Source: Haplodiscus bocki
Taxonomy: Eukaryota
Assembly: GCA_965655095.1 (NCBI GenBank)
Contig: OZ296650.1
Location: 35,340,001 to 35,404,000, forward strand
Length of the DNA stretch: 64,000 bases
Direction: 5' to 3'
Shown: positions 25,051 to 39,600 of the stretch, one piece after another
Position numbering within the stretch: the stretch's first letter is position 1
Layout: each line of letters opens with the position of its first letter
Made by a program: the position numbers and the translations under genes
Notes under the pieces: generated by a model
Databases searched by the model: none
The model's input: the letters and a program-made list of their open reading frames with translations, nothing else
What the model was told of the DNA's origin: nothing

Positions 25051-26499
25051 TTTGTTGTCTTTTTGCAAAAAAATATTTGGTCTAACGTGAGGTTCACATA
25101 ACACCAAAAGATGTATCGCGCATTTCAATCATCTGAAAAGCAAATATCATTAGCCAAGGAAATGATTCAATCATGAGTTATAAAGTGCTAGCGCTCGAAA
25201 ACAAAGACAACGGGCACTACGACAGGTCAAACCAGAAAAAATTTGACTCGAAAACCAAACTAGAACCAAAATAAAATACGGCCCAAATTATTTTGCTAAT
25301 TAATTTTGCTAAGTAATTAACAAATTAGCCTGAGTCTAATTATTTTCCGAAAATTTATCAGTTTTGCTACCATTTCTAACATTTATAAACCGAGCGGCAT
25401 TAATACTGCTCTTTTGGGGTATTATATCTCAGCCAAAGTTATTCCAGAAGCAACAAGCTGAAGTCATCGCTACCCATAAGGTTTAGAAAACAATTCTAGG
25501 CCATTTTTTTTGGTGTTTTATAAAATATGGGTAAGGAAAAAATAGGACAGTGACGGGGCTCGAAAATCGAAGCAATTTTGATATTTGATGGATTAGTTTC
25601 CTTGCTATGAATGAGCAAAATGCAGGCTATTTAAAGAGTTTCAGGATACACGACTCAAATTTGAGGAAGTAGCTTCAAAATGGCCAAAATTCGCAACAAA
25701 AACCAATCGAAAAATTCTCAGACTGCAACAAAAATATGAAGTGGATGCATTGAAGTCTTGTTGGTATGCCTACGCAAAATTACGGTGACTTTGACTACTG
25801 CACTTACTTTTGGGGTTTTTAGTCGGCGTTTCATCAAATAATAATAGGCGGCATGCCCGCCCATTACACTGACTCGTTTTTTCCAGCCTCACTGCTAAAA
25901 GACCAGGTTTTGCAGAAAATATTTTCCAGCCCATATGGAATCGCCGTGGTTTAGTGGCAATCGCCCTAGGACAAAACTGTTACGAATCCAAAGGTTGCAG
26001 GTTAGAACTCTAGTACAGACTGTTTTTTTCAGCTTCTTAGCGAAAATTATCTCAAAGGCCTGCCTATTTTCAAAAATTTTTTGTTGAGTATTACGGTTTA
26101 CCGGTAACGCCGAATTCAATTTTACATGCCTTATTGAATTCTCTACTCCTCCTTCAGTAGCCACTAATGAAAGCCACTTTATTGCCTTACTATGCTTATT
26201 TTCCGTCGTAATGTGTATTACGAAAGGAAAATCATTCTGTCAGTATGTGGACTTTTTTATCCGGTGATTCGCCATCAGGCTGCCAAACTGCGAAATTTTC
26301 GAAAATGTTTTCGCTCAAAATCTTCCTCTGGACACGTAGAATGCAATTCTGACAAAACCAGATTTTCCCAAAAAAGCCGAAAAATTTATAATTCGTTCTT
26401 CAAAAAGTTAATTATGGATAAAATTGAAAATTTTTCTACTTTTAGGTACCAGTTTTTTCGCTATTCTGCTTCTTGAGCAACCAAACATAAGAAAATACC

Positions 26500-27150
26500 T
26501 CCGGAAATGTATTTGCTGGAACACTTCGCTCCATGATCCGTGCAAGCCAGAAACGGTGAAAAATATTGAGTTAGCTGGACTTTGAAATTCACTTTTCTCC
26601 AAAATTGCATGCTTCAATTCTTTCATCAGGGTGTCAGTCGACAGCCTCTTACTCGATGACTTTTCAAAAAAATCAACAAGTTTCTGCATCTGAATCCTAA
26701 TTGGCCGAAAATGCAAAAAAGTAATCATTGATTACAGATCTTGGTTTTCAAATTCTTGATTTTCCAAAACTACCTGCTTGAATTTTTTATCAAGGGCTGC
26801 ATTGACAGCTCCATACTTGAGGAAAACTATTCAACAGAAAAACCATAGATCTTGATTCTTGCGTCGGAATCCTGATGAACCAAAAAGGGTTAAAAAATCA
26901 GATTAATTTTGATATATCCCGATATTCAAATTCATATTTCTATCGGCTATTGGCTTGACTTTGCCATCAAGGTATTGACAGCCCTATATCTGTAGAAAGG
27001 TCTTCGAATTGCAATTCATTGATTTTTGCACAAGCAACAGAATTTTCATGATGGGCTGAAAATGCAATTGTTAATGTTACTTCGTCGATATTCAAACTAT
27101 CATTTTCTAAAGCTCTCAGCTCCAACAAGGTCTCAATCGACAACTTTCTA
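26500..27150 (-). repeat. Inverted copy of the ~170-bp repeat family seen at 10300-10800
   Basis: TCTTTCATCAGGG..GTCGACAGCCTC, TTTATCAAGGGC..TTGACAGCTC and TTGCCATCAAGG..TTGACAGCCC spaced ~170 bp apart. Confidence 0.55.
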
Positions 27151-30100
27151 TTTAGCCAAAATTTTTCTGAAAGTCATTTGTTGCATGTTCGATCAATCAT
27201 TTTTAAACCCTTTGACGGAAAATATCACAGTGCGACCGCGCTACTGTTACCCCTTCAAATCACGTTTATGGTTAATGATCCGGTCGAAATGGATACAAAT
27301 TTTCTTTGGAATTTTCAATTGCTATCGATTAGCTTATTTAATTATCGAAGTCCAATTAATACTGCTAATTACCAGCTAATAAAAGTAATCAAAATTTCGG
27401 CCTGAATCCGTCTTCGGTTCCAATTTGTTAATTGGTTCGAATTGTCGCATCATCAGGAAAAAGGCGTTTTTTGGTTACAGCCCCCAACCCCCGTGATAGC
27501 TCTCGTGATGACTTAAAATGAGAGAAAATCAGACTTTTATTACTGAAAACCATACTTTTGAGAAATCAAGGAACTGTTTGTAACAGGAGGAAGACATCAA
27601 AAACGTTCCAGTTGTTGAGCTGGTGGCACTACAATCAGAAAAAAATCATAAAAAGTATGACAATACCAATGAAGAAACAGTAGGTGTCATAATCACTTCC
27701 GCTCCGGCGGGGCAAAAACTACCAAAATAACTTGAAAGTGTCCGGTAAGGGGGCAAAATAACTTGTGGTTCCTGTGACTTTTATTGCGGTAGCCAGTGAA
27801 GAACATTTCAATTCAGGAAAAGCCAGCAACCAGAAAACAACCTACTGGGAAATTTCGCAATACTTCCTTTTGCATATACCAAATTATATAAAAAAGACTG
27901 TTTGAACTAATGACTTTCTCAGGCAGTAAATATTCAACAAGAGTCCTACCAAACATTCAGCGTTGTTTGACAAAACTTTTTCGAGAAAAAAAAACGTCAT
28001 TATGCCATTTTATAGTCTCACCAGTTTAAAAAAAGCACTGAAACACAAGGATACTTTGAGCGTACGAGCGAAATTTCATCAATAATTCTGAATAAATAGC
28101 TTTTAATCGCCCGTCAACTACTTTTCATATCGAAAGTTATTTATAGGAGTTGTCGACATACAATTTACGTCTTAAAATCGGAAAGTTCATAGTTTTCAAA
28201 TTAAATAGAATCAGTTGAATTTTGAAATATTTTTCAAGTAACAACGAACAAAAATTTGAACGAGCATTTAAAGTCTACTTTACATGATTCTTCAAGTATA
28301 CAACATTGACGTTTATGCGGAAATTTTGCAGTAGCGCGAAAGACGCAAAATAATTGCAAAAAAGAAATAACGAAACCGAACAAATGTTGATTGACAGGGA
28401 CAAATATTAATCTTTTGTGCATCTCAAATGAAAAGGATTTAGGCTAATAGTAAATATGCAGTGACACGTTGGTCAAGAAAGTCAAGTGAGCGTAAAAGGT
28501 ACGCTATTTTTATAGCATAGTTAGCTTCATTTGGAAAAACATTAATCAAATTCTTCTGCTTTACACAGACGAACATATGACCATATGATAGGTTGGTAAA
28601 GGAAGTAGTTTATCAATTTCATGTCCATTAGGGGACAAGAACAACCTGAAGAGCGAAAACCTTGGTTATTTTATCCCGACACCCTTCATGGTAATCAGGT
28701 TTGTTCGTTCATCAAACAATTTCGGTCTACAGCACAGTGGTAAAAGTAAATTTTCAAGGCTACTTGAACGTAACTCAAGACGGAATTGTTTCACACCTAT
28801 CTATAATCTGAAAGGGCAAAAATACGCGTAACGAGCGTTGCGCTTCTGCTTCAAGAAACGGCATTGTACAACTTGGGAACGTTTAACGCATACCAGATGC
28901 AAACTTCCTCCGAGCCGCAAAGCCTGGCCAGTAACAAAAATATGAATCTTTCAAATTATTCATGGCCAAAAATTCGAATTGGAACGGCTAAAACTGAAGA
29001 TACATCACAATTTCATATTGCAAAAACATCACAGAAGCATCTGAAGCGTCTCCATGACTTGTAAAGTGCAGATTGCGCTTGTGCAATATAAATCCACAGG
29101 AGATCCAAGTTGGAAAAATCGAAGTTGAGAAAAAATATTTCCTCTGCTGAGAACTCGCCAAAAACGCAAAAAAAACAATTGACCAGTACTATTAACTACA
29201 GGTACGACGAGACTAAATCCACCAGATAAAGAATCGAATCAATTAAAAGGGATACCGCGGCACTGATGGAAAGCCGGTGAAACATGAATTTCTCAAAAAT
29301 TTCCACCAAAACTTCGCCGAACTGAGTCCGAAAAATGCGGCAAGGAATTAAATTAGGTATTTTTTGTTAATTCAACGAGTGGATAACAGTACGATTCGAA
29401 TTTGTCCCCGAAAAAGACCGGACGTAAAATCTGACAAGGTAATACTTCGAAAACATTGGCTTCAGGTAAAAACCAAGCAATCTAAAAAAAATAGAAAAGA
29501 GCTGCTGGTTAATAACATGCTTATCTATGCTTCTTCGGACTCTATGTTTGTTCTGCTGACTACACTTGGCATCAGGCGATTTTCCGAAGAAAGTTCAATT
29601 TTCGACGGAATTCGGTTGAAAAAAAAATATTTTTCGGCAACTTCCAACTCTGCGAAAAGTCACCAGAAACAAAACACTGACCCTGAAATCACACTTGAAA
29701 AAATGCTTGGAAACAAGTTGGCCTGCGTTTATAGGTATGGGTGCTAGGAAAATATTTGTTAAACTTTTTTCAGAAGAAAAACATGAATTTCTGGTAATTT
29801 TTCAACTCGGAAAGGACATAGGACAAAGTAAGTTCTCCATAGACCACTCCCATACCATTTTCAGGTACTCCTTTGAGGTACAGTAAGATTCTTGAAGAAA
29901 AATCTCACTAGGACTGAAAAATCCTAAAAGTCCAAAAAACCTTTGCAAGTTTCGGAAAAAAATTCGGTGAAAACCGCAGCTTTGGACAATTTACTTGCAC
30001 GAAACAGCAAAAAGATAGCGTCCCATCTAATTCAGATGCTCTTAAGATATGGGCAAAAACCAGCGTAATCATCAAGCAAAATTGAAGCTCTACAGGTTAC

Positions 30101-31959
30101 TAAAACTAAGATTTGCAACGTTATTCAAAAAACTTTCGACAACTTTTCGATAGAAAAAATCAGAAAGACAGGTGTCGACCTAATTTAATTTTCCGCGTAG
30201 GTCGTCAGCAAAAATCCGGCCATCCATGATGAAATATCAGGACGATGCAAATTACATTCGTACTCCGATTTTCGAATCTAGGAGGAATCCCAACAGGGGT
30301 TTTGCAGAAGACAATTTCCAGTCAAAACGTCGCAGTTAAGCAAGCCTTGAACGCCCATTAGATAATAATTCAGACCATGAAGCTACTAGCAGAGCAATAG
30401 TAGCCCCGTTAATTTTGCAGTCGTACTCATGTGTTGGAAGTTTGTTCAATAACATAACTCAGTTTTCCAAGAACAAACATGAATTTCGGGAAAAACCCTC
30501 CGTCGTCCTAAACTTTTTTGCAACTATGGATAGTACATAGGACAAAAAAGTCCACGATAGACAATTTTCATAGAGTTTTCAGGACTGAGATTCTCTACTG
30601 AGGTACAGTCAAAGTCTTCTAGAAAAACTCAAAAGGTTTGAAAAACCCCATAGCTTTCCAAACGAGCTACTCAATCAGATAAACGCCCAAAACAACAGTA
30701 AAATCTCATCTACCTACGATATCATTTAATGGTGTTCGAAGGCTTTTTCAACAGTAAGGATCCGGCTAAAGTTGCTCGGACGGCTCTGCAAGTATGCGAA
30801 GGCGGATAAACATGAAATTCAAAAAGTTCTCCGCCTCAACTCAGCCGAAGAAAACTTTTCGCAAAATACCAAACGAATGAATTCTTGTTGTTTCATCGCC
30901 TAGATTGCATAAAGACATCATTCAATCAGTAAGAGCCCAAAAAAGTAGAAAATAGTACCACTTGCGCTCCGAAAAAACAGCGTTTCGCAAGCTATTTTCC
31001 TGCTTTTGGGCCGCAAAAAAATTCGACAGCCGAAAATGTCGGGTTTCGTCAATCATGAAAAAATTTTGGTCGAAACTCAGACGAGAACAGCCAGAAATTT
31101 TCGGCGAAACACCGAAAGAACTAGCTCTAGTTGCTTCAGCGATTAGATAGCATTGTTGGGCCACCCAAGCAACATGAGCCCTGCAAACGAAGTTCAAGTA
31201 CCACTTGTTGCACGAAATTGTTTAAACTCATCTTCGGATAATTTTTGACGGCGACGAATTTTGGGCATGTTCAAGGGCAACCCTGGCCGTCTATATTCAT
31301 ATCAAACAGGTCCATTGAACCAAAAGGTAAAAAAACCGGACGTCCAAGTTTGAAAACGCAGTAGGCAATTAGACCTTTTCGGTAAAAATTCCAGGTCTTG
31401 AACGTCATTTACGATAATTTCTCCGCAGCGAAAAAACTTCTTAAAATTTTTTGCATCATCTGAAAGCAACCTTCAGTCCACTGTTATTTACGGGAAAAAA
31501 GGTTGCGGGGCTTCAAAGCTGAAGGAACTGTCACGTTTCTGTGCAAACAACAACGACCAAATGGAAACATTAGGGCCTCTCGCTTCGCTCAAAGACCTGA
31601 AAGGAAAACTCTAATGAACGGTAAGCAAAAGTAACCTCTCGTTTCCCTCGAAGCCTCCGAACCATTCTCGGAAGAGACAGATAATCTACCGAAAACAAAT
31701 TACATGAATGGGGTTGGATTACCAGATCTCACACAAAAAGAAAAAATGTTGACAGTTGTGAGCAACAGTTTGACTGAGTCTCACAGAGGATGATAGGTTA
31801 AAAGGCCAAATCTAACTGAGAATTTTTTCGGCAAAATAGACGAATTACATGAAACAAAGTTGCAACAAATCTTCGCCGAAATTAGTGCAAAATTATAAAA
31901 ACCATTACAAAAGACTTCAATTGATTCATATTCGGATATCCGTTTGAATTGCATTTTGT

Positions 31960-33020
31960 TCTAAGTGATCCTTTACTCTTCTTGTTAGCCCTGTGTCTGG
32001 TCAACTACATAGACTTTCCACAAAAGTCTCTTATTTTCTCAGCTCATGTGCGCTGACCAGCATTTTCTGATCATTTCAGACATTCCATCGCGAAATATTC
32101 TGGGTCGACCTTTGCCTATCGACCATTGATATACCCAGATAGTCTTTCTTCAAAATCAGCTTGTCTGATTCCGTGCCCGAAGAATCGCAGCTGTCTTCTT
32201 TTCTGGGTTTTGCTTATTATGCATTCGTTGCATTTGTTCTCGATGTTTGAGAGGCGTTCCATTCCAGAGGTACAACATTTAAGCGTTCTATTAGTTTCTT
32301 TGTCTCAGCATCCACGTTTCACATGCATATAGGAGAACCAACCGCATATTAAAAAAAATTTAAATTTTTGTCCTATAGGGAAAATTTTGGTCAGGATGTT
32401 TTTCAAGTTATCAAAAGCAACTTTTGATTGAGCTATTCGACATTTGATTTCCCTAGTGCATCTTCCGTCCTCTCTTATAAGTGTATCCAAGCTATAAGAA
32501 GATGTGTTTCATTATTCTTGGTGTTATCCAGTCATATTGAACATTGTTCTGGTTCTTTGGCTATCACCATAACTTCGGTTTTCTCCATAGGTACCGCAAG
32601 CTTGATTTAGAGTTGACTTAACAATTGAAGTTTTTATTCCGAGTCTGCAATGGTAGCGGTATCATTAGCGATTGTTAGGTTACTCATGTTCACTCCACCA
32701 ATTCTGACTCCTGCAAAGTTCTCAATGGACTGCATTATTTTCTCGCTGAAGTTGCTGTAGAGCAATGGTGACGCCACATAATCTTGGCGAACTCCAATTT
32801 AACCCACACTATTTTTTCGTCCCCCACATTTTCTATTGCTTTTTGCTGCCAATAGACATTTTGAAGAAGGCGGAGGTCTTTATCATCGACATCAACTTCA
32901 TCAATAGCATCCAGCATTTGATTGTTCCGCACCTCGTCGCGCGCTTTCTTCAAATCTATGAAGCAAATGAAAAGTTTATGTTGGTGGTTCAATAGCCTAG
33001 CAGCAATGACTTGACCCATT
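31960..33020 (-). mobile_element. RTE-clade LINE, 5'-truncated decayed RT fragment
   Basis: KLFICFIDLKKA.DEV, DKDLRLLQNVYWQQKA, degenerate YADD (IANDT), DGRCTREIKCRIAQSKVAF, KGRPR near the 3' end; many frameshifts. Confidence 0.85.
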
Positions 33021-33607
33021 GTAAAGGAAAAACCTTAAGATCAGATTAAATCATATTGCTCGCTTTTCGTACGACCTTATCCGGTCACTATCGATATGAA
33101 ATAACCGGATTCCAATGCACTAGATCAACTTTGTATGCGAGGAAACTCACAGTTGTCTAACTAAAGAGAAATGGTTTCAATTGACTGATGATGATGCTTA
33201 TTACCTCCAAATGTACCAGATCTAATGAATTATTTCTAAGTGACTATCTTCAATCTTGGACGACTTCGGCTTGAACTAAATAGCAGACGATCAACGTCGA
33301 AACACCGAAAGTTTGGGCATTAAGACATCAGATAAATTTGAATTCAAAACCGTTTTCAGATTGAAACATAAAATAACCAAAACGCAAGTCAAGGACGTAT
33401 CTTAACCAAAGAATAATTTATATTCCAAAATAGTCCATTTTGTGGTTGAAGCTTCATTTTGTTCACTGCTTTACTCCACTACAATTCTTCGCGCTCTGAC
33501 TCGCCGTTTATCAAGAACAGTTAGGAGCTCAGTACTCCTCAACAACCAGTTCCATAGCCGCTCTCTCCAATTACGTCAGTGTAGCTACTGCCAATACCAA
33601 AAAAATG

Positions 33608-36600
33608 TTAGAGCTTTTTCAAGCAGGCTATGATGCTGTCTCGGACATTCTTTCGCAAAGCTTCGGTCTTGCAGCCAACTACATTGGTGTAATCAGGCCC
33701 AACCACTAACATTCCATCTGGATCTTCCGCATTCTTGCCTAAAGCATTTATTTTCATTCAAACACAACTCAAAATCAAAGCACACCAAGACTGATAACAA
33801 TTCCACTGGAAGAAAATGCTATAGAAGTGTGTAAAAAAACTTGTGTGCAGACATTTCACTCTCAGAAACCAGGCATTTTAGTCCCATACATTTAGTTGCT
33901 ACCAAAGTTACAATAATTGTTACCAAAATTTTGATACAAATGCGATTTAGCAGTACGCAGTCATCGTGACCTTTAGAAGTGATAATGGAAAATATGCTGA
34001 TGTTAAGTAAAGATTACCACTCAATTCGTCCAGTTAACTTGTGCTTTCACTTTTATCGGTTTGAAGGAAGTAAATTAACGACCAAAGGGTGTGAAAATTA
34101 ACAGGTGATACCCAATTGGTGCTTGATACCAGTGACGACATCACTCACACACATAAAACAAAAAGCACAGTCCCACTGCGATATTTTCCGTCAGAAGCGT
34201 GTAAAAATGATTGATCGAACATGCAAAAAAAAGATTTTCACAAAACTTTTAAGTAAGTAGAAAGTTGGCGATTGAGACATTGCTGTAAGAAATCAAACCT
34301 TGATTTTTCCCTTTTCAGAAATAAGAAGATTGAATAAATACAAGAGTCTGAAAACAAATAAAAAAGAGGGTTGTAGAGGGATTCGACCTGCTAACTGAGG
34401 TGTCACAGCATATATGTATTAAACAGTATGCATATTTAAAATTTAAAATATGCATACTGTAAAAAAAGTTTAAAATTTCTCCCCTGAGTTTTCAGAAACT
34501 TCACAAGAAATTTAGAACCCAAGTTAGAGTACTCAATACTACTCGAATACGTTCAAAATTGAAGCAAGTTCGCCAAAAAATCATCAAAATCACGGGAGAA
34601 AAGAGTCTACATACCGAGGAAATGATTTTCCTTTGGTAATATAATACTACAGAGAATAAAAATTCTCCCCTCAACTATGCAATGCACAACCAAACATCAA
34701 ACCCTGAAACGGTGCGCCGTTTGAAACAGTTCGGTTTCCATCTGATACGATGCATACATCAGCTTGTGGAAGCCATTAGAATTATGAGTACTCATTCTAA
34801 GTTGACGACCATGCTAGTGTAGAAAGGAGCAAAACTCAAGTGAACGGCAAAAGCTAGCACGGATCACAGAAGCACCTCCACGCCAAACCATCTCACATAG
34901 ACAGAACGAACTGCACCACCATACAGCAGTCGTCACCCCCATGCTTTCAACTTATCATGGAACCGTCAATGGAACTCTGCAAGAAGACCTTACACGAAGG
35001 AATCGAAGAAAGTTTACGACGTCCTATTACCAGCTACTTTAACCGCGACGGATGGCGAAGAGCAGTTTACCATGATTCATGTAAAGATGACAAGTAGCAA
35101 ATAAATTTCACAAGCAGCGCTTGATAATCAATCGACTGATCATTTCGTCAATTGACTGGCCATTTCGCCGGCTGAAAATAATGAAACTCTACAATTCTTA
35201 CGTGCTTATAGATACTACACTAACGTATAACCGGGTAATAATAATTTAATCTAGAATGAATTTTGTCGGATAATACAGATTCCTCGAAAACTATTTAGAT
35301 TTGGGAACTAAATTCGAAACTGAATCAGCTCAACGCCCGGGAAACAGCATTTTGGGAAACCGAGATATCAATTGTTTGCAGTTTAAAGCAAAAACGGCTA
35401 ATCGGGGAATCGACAAGCAAAAAACTTCAGAAGCTTGCACTATGGTTCTAAATTGTAATCATTTCAATTAAGTAACCTAAAAGAAATTCATTAACGATTG
35501 AATCAAATAAAACGTTGAGAGGTTTTTGTTCGATGTGGCATTAAATTTGAAAGAGTTCAAAGTTATTTTTATTTTTAGCCTTTTATGTAATATACAAGAA
35601 AAATTATTCATTCAGTAGGGTCGTTTTTCTTTTTTTTTCAGACCAAAATTGCCAACTCTTTTTATTCAAAAATAAATGACAGCGGTACGCTTAGGACAAC
35701 AAGGTTCTCAAGCAGTAGGTTCGAGTCACTGCCCTGCCAAAAAATTTTACGATTTATCCGTAACATTTTTCGATACCCGAAATTAGTGAAATACTAAGGG
35801 GTTCCCCTACGAAAATTTTCGGCACTGTGAGACAAAAAATTTTCGACAGAAAATCGTGATACTCCCTCCCTCCCCCTCTTATCCATAAATTTTTTCGATA
35901 CCAGAAATTTTATGAAACACAGAAGGGTTCCCCTGCGAAGTTTTTCGGTAGTGAGACGAAAATTTTTCAAGGGAAAATCGTGATACCCTTTTGCATAAAG
36001 TACAGAAATCAGTGGTGGAATTGATGTTTGTAAGAACTCTTTGAAATCTAATATCAAAACAGTAGTTTTGTTTTTAACCGTTTGCAAAAATTGATCAAAA
36101 TATTTGTAGTTGGGCGAAAAATATGCCGGTGCTAGCCGGCCGTCTTGTTGATTACTAATTTTAGTCGGCGCTTTACACTTAAGCGCCCGACTATTATAAA
36201 AGTTTGCTGTATTCAACGTGTAGTGGACGAAAGTGAAGTCGATTTCGTGCACTTCCAAAAGAAGAGCGGTTTTGAAAAATACACACAAACCGATAGTAAT
36301 CATTTGTTCCGTCTTATTAGAAGTCTTGGATGTCTGAACATTACGATCCACTTTCACGTCCACCACACTTCTCAGTCTCAACTCTTTAATCAGCATTTCC
36401 ACATTCATGTCACCCCACAACACTGGCTTAGGAACCTGGCGTTCTGGAACACCTTCCAGTTTGACGTCACGCAAAGTACCTTGGTAGTTGTAGAGATGAA
36501 ATTCGCCCACAATGGGCATGGCAGAAGAGATAGTACCAGAGGCACTTTTCGCTTTTTCAGTTTGTTTCACTTCCAGCGATTCCAGTTTGCACTTTTTGGC

Positions 36601-39600
36601 CAAACTGTATTCAACTTTGATTTGATCCATCTCGGTCTTGTCATCAATCTCACAGCTTTCAGCACGTTCTAATGCAGTAATGTTTGGCATCTCCAAAATG
36701 CTCGATTGAAATTGATTTTCTGCATTCTAAAAGCGAAAGGATGCAAATTTGCGCCTAAACGCATTGTTGCGATTATAACTGATACGTTTAAATATTATAA
36801 ATTAAGACATATTTTCAATTTCTTTCACATTTTTGATTGTATTTCAAATGGCCTTCAATATCTGAGATAAGAAAAATATTGTTTGAAACGAAAACATGGA
36901 ATTAGTAGACAAATATGGGTAGCATAAAAACTGAAAAAATGCGAGAAAACAAAAGCGTTAACTTTTATCTGTTGAACGACGTTGAGCATTTGTTTCGTCA
37001 TGATGACTTTGGAAGCAGGACTAAAATCTTTGAGAATTCTACTGAGTTGCGCATAAGTGAGTCTTGTGTCAATGGGGCAATTGTAAACTTTCATTTTGCA
37101 ATTCATCTCATTGAATGCTTTCATAGCCTCAATGGAGGAGAAATCGGGTTCTATGAAGATGATGCTGTTCGTTTCAGTATTAGCCCAGAGTTCCACGAAG
37201 TGCACCACTGGCCCGAATCTCAATGACGGGTGACCTTGAAACAATTGGAGTTTTACAATACACATATTAACTTTAACTCACCATGCTTGAATTGGTATGG
37301 AAACAGAAAAACAAACAGGATATGGTGTTTGGAGAAGTATTTCACTATGTAAAAAAAATAGACATTTTAATAGTAAAATTGAGATAGCAATTGATCAAGA
37401 GCTTTTGATCTGAAGATTCAGCAATTTTTAACAAATAATCAGAATGGGCAGCGTATCGAGAAAGTTTTCCAAATTTTTTTTTTAAACCGATGAAGTGTCC
37501 TAATTTGTTAGGACGCGACAAACTCTTGAATACTTCTGCAAATGAAAACTTTGATATTTCCATGCCTGTGAAAATAATGGAGGGAGATTTGTAAGTTTCA
37601 CTGAATCGGCCATGGATGTGATGGTAGACGAAGAGACTATTGTTTTTGATCATGCTTGAATAGACGAAGGGAGGTTCAGGCAGATACACTTTACCCTGTT
37701 TCGTACTGTTCAGCCATTCAGAGTAGATGTTGGCATGAGCCAGAGATGACTGTGCCACAGGAGATATGAAACAGATCGGAATAGACGCAAATCCAGAACT
37801 GTCCAAAAAACCAGCCAAACATTCCAGCAGGTCATATATCACACCTACAAATGCAGTTTCACATGAAACAAATGACTACGTCGCCAGTTACCGTCAAAGT
37901 TTCATGTCGATTCCATATTTACAACAAACTTTTTGCAACCAGCGTTTCAAGAAAAAAAAAGCTTTCATTTTCCTCCCATATTTCAATACAGAAGGAAAAT
38001 AATTCATTAACTTTCACGTGTTTTATCCAAATCTACACTAAATCTCGGTAGGGGAGTTTTCACTTAAAGTTGCCAATTGCGCGAATTTGGTCTGAAAAAT
38101 TGTACAACATCAAGATGTTCCAAGTTTGGCGTAAATTACGAACAAAACGGTTGTATTTAACAAAAAATAGTTATTTGCTGAAATTTAAGACTTTTTAATT
38201 CTATAAAGAATTTAGGGCTTCTTTTCAGCATCCGATCAAGAAAGCCGGTTCTTTCAATGATCACTGAAAATTTTTGCAAATGGGGAAGGCCAATACAATT
38301 TCGGAGTCATCCGTGCGTCTTGTTGATTTATGGGTCAAAAAGATTGTCAGGTTCAAAAGAAATCATGTGAGATAAAATGAGTAACTACTAAAGCATCGAT
38401 AAAAATCAAAATTTTCGCTTCCTCAGAGAACATTTACGACGCTGATTATTTCAAATAGAAAATATTAAGTTACCTGTAGGAGTGCAGGGAATTAATACAT
38501 TCCCACCAACTTTGAGCGTTGCAATGAGAGCGTCACAAAACTTCTTCAGTGCCATGTCTGGTTCACAAGAAGGTGTATTTGTAACGTCAGAAATGACGAC
38601 GACATCGGAACTTTTGAGATGACTCAAATCGACAGGGCGACAGTGGGTCACAAACTGCGAAGATCCCGACAAGTAGGCTATCTTGTATTCCACAGAGCCA
38701 CAGGGCTTTAACAGCCAGTTACTGCTGCCTGGAAAACAACGGTTGATGATATGATCTACACCTTTTTGAGCCCTTCCTGCATTTTTGCCTCTGTCTTGAT
38801 GCCTTTTTGAACAATTTTCCAACATTTTGCTGATAGTAAAAGTTAGGCTTTCAGCTGTAAATAATACGAGCAATCCCGGAAGGACCCAAGGCAGCGCCGC
38901 CCAGTTTATTGATATCGGTACCCACATCGAGGTTTTTTGTATCGATAAACGATGTCATAATACACAAAGTATACGATATCCATATCCCGGGGATTACTAC
39001 CCCATATATTCCTTGAGACGCATACATCAACACACAGGGTTCTAAATGTTTTTAAGAGAATAGAATACAAAGGATTGACTGAACCCTTAAAATATACAAG
39101 GGGGTATCATAAAGTTGGGGTGGAGGAAACATAGAACATAGAGGTGAAGCGGAACCTCGCAAAACATTGACATGGCAGTTGAGATCAAAGCTAACAGTAC
39201 ACATCAAAAATTCTCAGAGACGCTTGAAACGACACTTTTAGAAATCAGAACTCACACTTTTAGAACTACAACAGATTTCAATCAAATGTTTGTTCGAAAA
39301 AGTCGAATTGAGACAAGTAACTGTCAGTGCCTCCAACACAAACATTTGATGTCAGTCAATCGTCTTTTGCGGTAGGCCATTTTACCGCCCAAAGTTCAAG
39401 AATTTGCACATATTAAAACGCTAAAACAAACAAGTACTGGTCATACTGTCTCATGTAAAATTTTGACATGACACACATAAGCGGTGAAAAAAATCACAAA
39501 TCACCGTAGTAGTCGGCTTTTAACGGAAGTTAACCGCTGACTAGAAATAGGCACAGACTCCAATTCTTTGACCGCAAAGTGGAAAACCGCCAGAGGCACC

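Noticed and set aside
8000-31900. Numerous 60-160 aa ORFs in the ORF track
   Set aside because: Apart from the two TGN-like exons, they have no recognisable motifs and lie in decayed AT-rich repeats
35794-36290. C-terminal half of the 300-aa ORF as part of INTS9
   Set aside because: Read-through past the donor at 36291 into an intronic repeat; the true C-terminus is the exon at 33608-33738
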